From assembly GCA_003614145.1 (NCBI GenBank), contig KZ987739.1:1-34486 (forward strand): DNA of 34,486 nucleotides, written 5' to 3'. The position numbers were made by a program, and so were the translations under genes. The notes beneath the pieces were generated by a model that had not been told where the DNA came from, ran no database searches, and was given only the letters and a program-made list of their open reading frames with translations. The first letter of the stretch is position 1, and the number at the start of each line of letters is the position of its first letter. This DNA comes from Piptocephalis cylindrospora. Lineage: Eukaryota. Shown piece after piece: positions 11,038-20,653 of this stretch.

Positions 11038-11240
11038 GGGCGCCAGAACCTCTTTACTTCCCCACCTCTCCCCATCCTTCTCCATCCCATCCCTCATTTC
11101 CCTCATTCTCACTCACTTCTTACCTTTTCCCCAATATCGTTGCTTCGTACGGCTGGTTCCTGCGCTTCTTCATATACTCGCCCTTCCACCCTTCCATCCC
11201 TCCCCCCTCCCTGCACTAACAACGACGTTGTTTCGCTTTC

Positions 11241-12326
11241 ATGCGTATTGCCCTTCTTCCTCTTCTCGGCCTAGCCTTTCTGGCCTCCACTGGATACAGT
11301 CACATGTATGAGTCCTTTCCTTATCCCCGTGGAAGTCCTGATAATCCCAAACTTCCCAAATCGGAATCCGACAACGACATCCATGGTCCTACCCAAAAGG
11401 TTTGTCGTGGCCATCCAGCCGCCGCTATCACCCATGACCTTGTAGCTGGTAAGCCTCTCAATGTCAAGATCCGAGGCTCCCCTGCAACTGAAAATCGGAC
11501 TCTATGGGCCACTCACAAAGGCGGTCATTGCCAATGGGGTATCTCCTATGACAATGCCAAGACCGTCGCTGTCTTCTACAGACATGATAACACCTGTGTT
11601 GTCAAAGATGACGGTAAGTTCGATACCGCCAAGGTCGATTGGACTGTTCCTATTCCCAAGGATCTCGTCAATACCAAACGGGCTGTCTTCGTATGGACCT
11701 GGATCCCTGCCCAGGGAGGTGCAGACGAAATTTTCCAGAGTTGTGTTGATGTCAGTATCTCTGGTGGTAAGCCGTCCGGGACCTTCTCTGCCGACAGTCT
11801 TGTCTACCGCAACTTCCCTGGCTGGCCCATTCTTGGGGAGGAGGGCAGATATAGCAATGGCAAAGATCCTAACTTTGCCAATTTCCTCAAGGATATCCGC
11901 CCTGTCACTGTAGGACCTAACCAGCCCTCTGATCCCCCCAAACCCAATAAGTCTGGTCGTTCTCCCTCTAAAGGCTATGTGGATTCTTTAAAGGGCTCCG
12001 GAAAGGGTTCTCCCAAAGTTAGCAATGGGAAGGGAAGTCAGGACAATGATGACAGCTACCCATCCTCCTCCAAGGGCTCCGGAAAAGCCTCTTCTAAAAC
12101 CACCGATGGAAAGGGAAGCGAGAGCACAGACAAGTCCCTTCCTTCCTCCTCAGAGGCGGAGTCCTCGGAAGAAGGGAGCAACCAAGATGACTCTGATGAC
12201 TCTAGCATCTCTCCTACTACGCCTAACTCTTCCACTGGTGATGTAGGCGATGCCGGAACGGAGGAAGGGAAGAAGAAGAAGAAGAAGGGTAAGAACAGCA
12301 AGAAGGAGTGCGCTGTCACTTATTGA
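11241..12326 (+). CDS. Secreted LPMO-like protein (AA11-like), paralog 2, with a Ser/Lys/Asp-rich disordered C-terminal extension; 361 aa
   Basis: Signal peptide MRIALLPLLGLAFLASTGYS|H. Motifs ATHKGGHCQWGISYD, AVFVWTW and EIFQSCVDVSISG. Clearly homologous to 9094-9762 over about 220 aa. Confidence 0.82.
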   Translation: MRIALLPLLGLAFLASTGYSHMYESFPYPRGSPDNPKLPKSESDNDIHGPTQKVCRGHPAAAITHDLVAGKPLNVKIRGSPATENRTLWATHKGGHCQWGISYDNAKTVAVFYRHDNTCVVKDDGKFDTAKVDWTVPIPKDLVNTKRAVFVWTWIPAQGGADEIFQSCVDVSISGGKPSGTFSADSLVYRNFPGWPILGEEGRYSNGKDPNFANFLKDIRPVTVGPNQPSDPPKPNKSGRSPSKGYVDSLKGSGKGSPKVSNGKGSQDNDDSYPSSSKGSGKASSKTTDGKGSESTDKSLPSSSEAESSEEGSNQDDSDDSSISPTTPNSSTGDVGDAGTEEGKKKKKKGKNSKKECAVTY

Positions 12327-13769
12327 TTATTCTCTTCACACTACCATTCATTGGAATAGCAAGCGAGACGTAGTCAGGTGACCGTGCATGCTTTTCGATT
12401 GGTTCTTCTCCATCTCCCTTGACTTTTATCTTCTTTGTTGGGCAAAGAGGTGCCTTTAGGACACTCGTACAGTTATGAAGAAACCAATGAGGTGGCCTTT
12501 GGTAGCGAGTCGATCTCGCTTCGAATATACATCCTCGTGCGTTATTCTTTTACGTGTTTTTTTCCTCTATCGACTTAAGATATGGGTCCAATCCTTCCAT
12601 TGGGAGTGATCCCAGAGAAGACATCATGTCAGTGTAGGCATAGGTCCAAGCATCCTACAGCACTTTATCACTACGACATTACACGTTAGGATCATTCTTA
12701 GGCTTCCATTGGATGTCTGAAGCTAGATAGAACTTTGACTACTATGATGACCTTCGTGAAGAAAAAAGGATTGAAGACATGGGCGGTAGGGCGAAGTGGT
12801 AAGATGCTGTATGGAGGGTGAGTTACCCCGTCCGTTCAACTTCCTTGGTTGCCTTTTATTTCCCTAGCATCATTCTTCTGTGTCTTCCCCGTCTCATTTA
12901 CCTCCTATCCGCTCCATACAACCCCGCCTTAGCTAATGACCCCTCTACGCCATACACTTCCTCCCTCCCACATCCCAGAGCCTTTACCATGGTTACCACA
13001 GCTCCATCCAATTCACCTGCTTAAGTTGGGACCTGAGTTCGTTGGTGATAGTAGCCAGAGAGGCAGGAGCAACGGAGATACCTACTGGGCATCCTAGGGT
13101 GACTAACGCCGTGGAAGAGACAAAGTGAACAAAGAGGGTCACCTATAGTTGCATACAACCTAGTCCCATTTCGTCTCAGGTTTCACCGAACAGCAGACCG
13201 TCCAAGGTCAGCTTCTTGCTACTAAAATAAACATCTATGGATGCTCCTTATGAAAAGATGCGCAGCCTTCCATCCCTCGTCACCCAAGCCCATTTTTCTA
13301 ATCTTCGGCTGGTACTAGTATCTCCCTTTAACGGCTACTTGAACCACGCCTCATCCACGGATGAGCATAGCCAGGATGAGCATACTAGGCATGAAGTATT
13401 GAGTATCAACTCGGATGATGATACTGATACTGCCAACTCAAGCCAAGAGCAAAGCCGGTTAATCCTATGCGCTCCGATTCTACGAGATCGGTAAGGCGTG
13501 ATGATATGTCTGACGGGTGCTAGGAGCCTCTGATCTAATTCCCATCTTCAAAGACGATGTAGTCAACCCGTTAGGATTTTTTGAAGTATGAGAATGAGAT
13601 AGACAGGCATCTTGATTGGTAAATACACCTCCTACTCTAGTATTTTTCTTTCAACCACATAAACCCCTAAGAATAGTGCTGGTGTTGGGCGCTTTTCAGC
13701 AAAAACATGCTATTGCCTGGCCACCCAATCCGCACTGGTGCGCGCACACACCCTAGTGTTCGTACACAC

Positions 13770-15393
13770 TTAATGATCCAAGATGCGCAAGTTACCCGAA
13801 ACCACCTTGTTCTCTAGGGTAGATCCCGCGGGAATGTCAATACGATCTCCATGGTTGGCCACGATAATGACCGTGCCTCGAAGGAGGACATCAGCGCCAA
13901 AAGTGACATCACCAGTGACGGTGAGATGGTCCAGTTCGAGAATGTGGGGGATGGTCCTGAAGCGGGCGAGGAATTCATGGACCTTCTTAAAGTTATCTCC
14001 CAATTTCACCAGGGGTACAGTAGCAAACATCCTCTTAGGGTTCATAGTGAGGACACCCCGATCTAGCGTGTAGAGGTCGGAGGTGATGAGGAAGAGATCG
14101 GAAGTGGATTTGACGGGGAGGAAACGGGACCTAGGGACATTGATGCCATGGGCCCCGGTAAAGTGCTTGATGGCAGCGCCAACGGCGGTCTCGAGCTGTA
14201 GGACCTTCTCACCATCCTCAGTAGTCTTGTTATTGACAATGATCTCCATTTCCAGCTGCTTAGCTTCAAGGACGCGCTTGACGGCGCGTAGATTGATCCA
14301 AAGGTTGTTGGTATTGAAGATCTTGAACTTGGAGATAGACTTGAAGTCCTCCACGTGTTCCGGGGGTACCTGGGCAATTTCTAGGAGACGGATCTGACCA
14401 TTATAATCAATGAGCGTACCACCCTTTATGTCAGCTCTAGTCTTGTCGGTGACCTCCATGAGGAACTCAGCCCCCGACGATTCCATGTGCTCCAAGATGG
14501 CGGTGTCCACGGTAGCTCCCAGGTTATCGACATTGGAGACAAAGAGGTACTCCCTGCCTTCGGCGATCAGCTCGTCCAAGAGGCCAGAATTGGCCAGGGA
14601 ATCATAGAGATCACCGTGACCAGGGGGATACCATTCGGTGACAGTCCCACTACGGTGATTCCTGGGTACAGGAAGGAGGGAATCTTTGCTGATACGTGGA
14701 TAACGGGACTGGTTGAAGGTCTTGATGCGAACGTTATGGTCGGTGTACTTGCGGACAATGCGCTTGGTCTCTCGATCCGTGTTGAAGGAGTTCATGAGGA
14801 CCAGGGGGACATCGGCATCTGGGGTTTGAGTGTTGAGGTGTTCGACCTGCTGGACGGTGAGATCCAGGAAGGTTAGGCCGTCCCGGACTTCAATAGCGGA
14901 CTTGGGGCCGACACAACCCATAGTGGTACCAAGGCCACCATTGAGCTTCAGAACCGCCAGTTTCCCGAGGGCTGCGGCAGTGGTGCCCGGGGCCGACGAG
15001 TCCGCGGCTTTACGGAGCTTGGCGTACGGAACAATCTGCTCGGGGACGGGGCTGTTGATCTTGCTCCAATCCAATCTCTCTTTGCGGATCTTCCCATCCA
15101 GGTACCGGAGGAAAAGACGATAAAAGTCTTCCATCTCCTTAACAAGGGCATCCTTGCCCCCAGGAATATCACAAGTTTCACACAGCGCATTCAGTTCATT
15201 CTTCATCGATTTAGCCTGGGCCCTTGACTCCTTATCCGGAAGAGTCTAGTGAGGGAAAGGAAGAGGAGGGAGAAAAGGGAAGGGGAAGGGGGATGAGTCT
15301 AGATGGGAAGAGTGACAAGGGGACATGTCTACTTACGGAACTCTTCAGATGAGGAAGGTCAGGGCGGTCAGACTCGGGGGAGGTGAGGGGCAT
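13770..15393 (-). CDS. UGP1: UTP-glucose-1-phosphate uridylyltransferase (UDP-glucose pyrophosphorylase); exons 15393-15337 and 15245-13770; 510 aa
   Basis: [52 protein letters not shown]-terminal NLRILDH. The GTAAGT...CTAG intron at 15336-15246 is phase 0. Confidence 0.98.
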
Positions 15394-16217
15394 GGTGATG
15401 GGGTGTTGAGAGTGAGGTATGCTTCAGTTTGTTACAGGTGATGGGCAGGGGAAAAAGACGCGACGGGGCCAGGAAGATGGGATAGGGGGGTGAGGGGTGA
15501 GGGGTGAGGGTGGATGAGAGGGAGAGAGAGAGCAAGGGCACGGCACCACGACCCCAAGCTCCTTTTATAGCTTCTCTTTACTCCTCCCAAGGAGGCATTG
15601 TCATCTTATGACCATAGGGTGGGAAGGGCGCCAAGGTACTCTTAAGGCGCCGATGACGTGGGCGCACACCCACTCACCCACAGGCCTATTCCAGACCTGG
15701 AACGGTTGTCTCATAGTGACGACCATGAGGCGGGTGGAAAGGGGAGGGAGAGGGCCCAGGGATGGTGAAGAATCGACCCTGGGCTGTTGCGCCCCCTCTC
15801 CCCAACAACGGGGGGAGGCGGTGAAGCAAGTGGCTACGACCGATAGGGAGAGATCAGAGGGCAGTGTTCCTCCTACCCTTATCCTCCCGCACACACCCTA
15901 CCACGACCTTTTCAAGTCAAGCCTACAGTTTAAAGGTATCAGTGTGGGTGGGCCTGGTCAATTACCTCTTCCCACCGACATCCTGCACCACTCAGGAAGT
16001 GTCCGCAGGGACACATGTGTGTTGGTCCCTCTTGGGGTAGATACGAGAGACATGGTGATAACTTGTTTGATTGGCAATTGAGCTTGAATAAGCGGATCTT
16101 GTTCTGATAATCAAGGTCGATGATAAGGGATAGGAGGATAGGGCAAAGCGCGCACCACCAGCCTAACAGCGATAGTGAAACTAGTCACAAGCTCGGGGGT
16201 CAGGGAAGATCGCCACA

Positions 16218-16676
16218 ATGTATCCCATCTTCAAGGGCAGATTGGCGACAAACGAGTCAATGGGGGAGAAACTTGGTGTAATTCAGGGGCAAAGTGTGCA
16301 TTATTCTCAGGGTGCAAGGGACGCGCGATTGAGCGCCCACTGTGTACCATGCATGTCGGTGTCGGCGTCGACGTCGACACGAAAGTGTTTATTGTCAACT
16401 GGTAGGTAGAATCCTCCAGTTGATCCTTAGTTGGCCCACTTGTACACGTCGGTTTCAATGAGATCCGGGATGACGGTTGGTATGGAATGGCCATACTGGA
16501 TCATTGTATCTAGAGACGAATGGAATGATAGGCCTGAGCATATCATATATGATGCGGACAAATTCATCATTCTTACACATCCATCCCATCGATGTTGTAG
16601 ACATTTGAGAGGATCATTACTGGTACTCCATAGCATCGAATCTCAGGTCATCTGGAAGCACTGCTCATTACCCTAG
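16218..16676 (+). CDS. Possible small hypothetical gene or exon; model uncertain
   Basis: Segment 16431-16676 (VSMRSGMTVGMEWPYWIIVSRDEWNDRPEHIIYDADKFIIL) looks globular and follows a TAG acceptor. Only a weak donor (GTACCA at about 16343) links it in frame to the 16218 ORF. Confidence 0.2.
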
Positions 16677-16760
16677 AAAATCTAAGCAAGAAAGTCGCTG
16701 CCTTCATTTCACCCTCCTACGTCTGAGCTCACTCTTTCTATCCCTCCTGAAAATAGAATA

Positions 16761-18760
16761 TCACGCCTCATGATCATCCAAGCCCATCTGGGAAAGATCT
16801 GAATCCCCTTGCAAGAGATCATCCACGTCTAGGTGGCCCATCAGCCGAGTTACCACTCGACCCAGGATAAAGGCATTTCGGTTATCGGCATCCAGGGCCA
16901 GGATCTCCTCGGGGAAGCCGCACTCATTCGCTTCGGTAATGTCGAGAAGAACCGATCCATACTGAAGCTTGCACCGACCGCTTTCGTACATGATTAGCTC
17001 CCCAATTTGCCCCTCGCCTACCTCTACTAGGGTGGGCGATTCGCTACTTTTCTTCTCCTCCTTGCTAACCAAATCTTCCTCTGTCTTCACCTTGGCCCCA
17101 TCTTCCTCTCCATCCTTGTCCCCTTCTTCCTCTTCCTCGGCCTTTTCCTCAGGAGGAACCACGATCTTTCTGGAGGAAAACTCAGGGAGACGTGCAGGGA
17201 GCTGAAGGAACATGAGGTGACCCTCGGATGCACTCTAGAATATGACGGAATAGGGAAGAGTTCAGCATGAATACGCAATAGAGCAGTAAATCACTACAGT
17301 GATGAAAATCGGAAGGAAGGAATTGCTTACCGGACGAGGAATCTCTGGTCCATCTTCGGGAAGATAAGGATGAGTGATAAGACCAGCGGGAGGTGGAACA
17401 TCTGTAGGCCCATGGCCCATCATGGGAATATGAGGGGCAAAGGGATCTCGAATGGACTTGATGGTGTCCTCATCCTCTCCCATGTCATCATCCACGATCT
17501 CCGGTTTCAGTGTATCCTCATATACAAGGTCATCCATCCCTGTAGGCTCCCTCTTAATTGGGACTAATCAGAGATCAGTCCAGGGGGGAAGAGATGAGTT
17601 GAGTGTGAGTCCTGAACCCTATACCAAAAAAAGCTGCCTCACCTGGTGTATCCACATCTGCCGAAGGGGATCGGGAGGAATCGGAAATCTCCACCTCTTC
17701 CTTCTTCACCTTCACCTCCTCTTCCTTGGCCTGCACTCTTTGGGTTCTTCGGGAGTCCCTTCGATTGCCCCTTCCGGGCATTTGAAGGGCATCATAAGCC
17801 ACCGGTGCCATCTGAGCCCCCTTGGCTGAATCGCCCTGTCGACCCATACCATGTTTATCCTGTCCCTCCCCAGTGTACGTCCATACCGCAGACGGGTCCA
17901 AGGCGGGATCTGCCTCATTGAGAGATCCATGAAGTGTAGATGAGGATGATCCACCACCACCACCACCACCTCCTCCTCCTCCTCCTCCTCCTCCGTACCT
18001 ATGAGCGACTGGACGGCGTGCTCCAGCTACAAAAGAAAAGAAAAGGATCAGTGACTAATTCCACCCTGTTACACAGTCAACCATGGTATGGCACGACATG
18101 GCATCTCAAGCACCCCTCAACTCACCTAGGGCAGATGGACCCAGGGAAAAAGGGCCCGAAGCTACACTAGTCAGTTCAGTCATTCCTCCTCCACGACCTC
18201 GACCACGGCCTAGTCAGTCATTTGAGGGAGTCAATGGAGTTGAACATGAAGAGCGTCCCATAGCATCCCTAATCCCTCTACTTACCCCTACCCCTACCAC
18301 GCCCTCGCCCTCGCCCACGACCACGTCCTTCTGAGGTGGAGTCCAGGGCCGATCCAGATTCACTGAACGGGCCGAGCAAAGCCAACAAGAGACCAACCAT
18401 GGGTGAGATGCTATGGTAATACCCCAGAGACTTTCCCTTCTCTTTCATAACACTTACGGTGGAGCATCCCTCTTGACACGTACAGCGGGGACTTTAGGGG
18501 CAAACCGTGTCTATCATACGGGAGAGGAGGAGCAAAAGGCGTGAGGGTTGAGCAGGGAGGGCAACAGACATGATGCCATCGTCAAAAAAAGCCACACTAA
18601 CTTTCTTGGTCCCTCCACGAGTATGGCTTCGGCTGGATCCGCCTGGCCCTAGCTGACCTGTGCCAGCCAGATGGGCAGGGGGCTCGGTACCAACGACCAC
18701 ATCAGGAAGTGCATCTGCCCTTCCCTTTCCTGCTTCTTTAGGGTTTTGGCCGTCTGACAT
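16761..18760 (-). CDS. RPC53: RNA polymerase III subunit RPC4 (C53/POLR3D); 7 exons: 18760-18602, 18510-18458, 18362-18286, 18209-18126, 18026-17643, 17563-17331, 17234-16761; about 487 aa
   Basis: C-terminal RPC4 domain LMFLQLPARLP...EGQIGELIMYESGRCKLQYGSVLLDI. N-terminal RFAPKVP and ASGPFSLGP motifs. All six introns are GT-AG and in phase; the exon 3 acceptor could alternatively be at 18411. Confidence 0.9.
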
Positions 18761-19130
18761 GACAATATAAAGGGTGCTCGGGGGGGAGATGAGGCGGCTC
18801 GTCGTGGATGAACCAGGTGGACGATTAAAGAGTGGACAATGAGAGTAAAGAAACTCTTGACAGTCAGGTACGCGACGGTCAAGGCTTGATTTATAGATCA
18901 TGGCACGATCTTCCCCCTACTCAGATGACGCTGGGATAAATAAAACACTGCTTGTTTTTTTCTTTGTAATTTTACCCATCGGTCATTCATTCCTGCAATT
19001 GCTTCCAGTTGAATTTACTCATTATTTTACAATAGTGTATCATTAAAAAGACAATAAAATTTAATCTACCTTGGGGTAGAGAATGATTGTAAAAAAAAAT
19101 TTTTCTCAGCACCCTCTAAGAATGGATCGA

Positions 19131-20395
19131 TCACGTAAAGCATCTTTCATCCTTCCGAACGGATATGACCCAAAGCTGAATATACCTCGTTCGCTCATAG
19201 TCCACAATTCTTGAAATATCATTACTCCAAGATGAATAAGGTATTTGACGAGCAACCAGCTGAGGAAAATCATCCTGGATTCTCCGAGAAAAATAATCCA
19301 CGGCCTGGGCTACGGCCTTAAGATGGGAAAAGGAGAAAACTGTCCTTTCCTCCATGGTAACCCAAGCCTCTCGTCGACCTCTTCCCAAGTGAGAGGGAAC
19401 AAGAAGCCCTTGTAAAGTATGAAGAAATGCATCTGTAAGATGATCATCATAGATGACTGCGAGGGATTCAATGGCACGATCACGAGGATGAGATGAAGCA
19501 AATGGGAATAATGATGGAAAAAGGGAAGGGACGTACCGTCGGCGGCAAGGAAGATGACATCACTCTCCTGATGCATGATCCCGGCCCATTCGTCATCCTT
19601 CCAGGCAAAAGGTCCCGAATAGGGCTTGGCCAATGGGTCATACCAATTCAGCTTCCGGACGTGGAATTTATCCTCATTGCATTGATTGACCTGTACATTA
19701 CTGCGACATAGGCTAAGAATGTCATCGTGGTGATCTTTCCAATATGGGATGGATAGATACATCGAGTTGGCACATTTTAATGGTTTTTTTCAGTTTTTCC
19801 CATCTTCATTGTCTTGAATGAAAATTGATTATCCCATCTCAGATGCTTACCAGTACAATAAATCACGGATGGTGAGAGGTACTTGGATGCGTAAAGACTG
19901 GGAAGACCAGTGCCCCCACCCAATTCCACCAGGATGGACCCTTCCACTCGCTTATGCCAATGATCCAGGCACTCTACCATCAGCAATGCGCCTTTCCATA
20001 CTTGGAGGCCTAATGGAAAAAAAAGTAATTTGAAAACAATTGATGATGAGAATCCCATCATCCTGCCGTGACGACCTACCTACAAGTTCCAATGATGTCC
20101 CTGAAGCACAGTGAATCCTCATAATCTCTGCAGCAGACCGAGGGCAGCTAGAAGGGTAAATGGACAACTCAAGGGTACTACTTTCCGTACCAGAACTGGA
20201 GAACCGCTGAGCTTCTGACCAAACGATCTCAGAAGCAGTTTTTTGACGAACGCCCTGGTAACCATGGGAGAAAAGCCTGTTGCGCCGTCTAGACCTTCTT
20301 CTTCTGCGTGCTCTGGCCCCATCCAGTCTCGCGCCTCGTTTGTATATCCAGGCACGCGGCGTATTCTTTTGGTGACGCGTATGACCCAAGGGCAT
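19131..20395 (-). CDS. METTL22: METTL22-like seven-beta-strand protein-lysine methyltransferase; exons (start uncertain, possibly 20395)-20080, 20009-19851, 19734-19537, 19456-19131
   Basis: Spliced product TSLELVGLQVWKGALLM...LVELGGGTGL...YCTDHHDDILSLCRSNV...LNW...FLAADVIYDDHLTDAF...MEERTVF...YERTRYIQLW. The start codon could not be resolved. Confidence 0.85.
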
Positions 20396-20653
20396 TGGTG
20401 AGATATGTATTGAAAGTAGAATAAACCAGGATATCCGTTGTTGATTCTGGCATTCAAGGAGGTGTGCGGAGATGAAACGTATTTCAAGGGAGTGTTGAAT
20501 CAATACCCCAATTGAGCTTTTCTTATGCTCGGTAGAGATCAGATTAGTATACAAGGAGCCCTTCATCATGGATGAAACAGAGGAAACAAAAAGGGATACA
20601 CCTCCCTGCCAAATATATTCTTGGGTTTGACACACATGACAAGGGATGTTGTA

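Noticed and set aside
12818..13494. Short ORFs and a degenerate approximately 15-nt repeat (GGATGAGCATA twice near 13359-13384)
   Set aside because: No coherent spliced model or homology; repeat too short and degenerate, not CRISPR-like
13783..15190. Overlapping ORFs within UGP1 (similar ones occur in LIA1, PEX2 and KAP120)
   Set aside because: Shadow frames caused by GC3 codon bias of real genes
15608..16081. 157-aa ORF upstream of UGP1
   Set aside because: Promoter-like G-rich composition and no recognisable domain; cannot be supported
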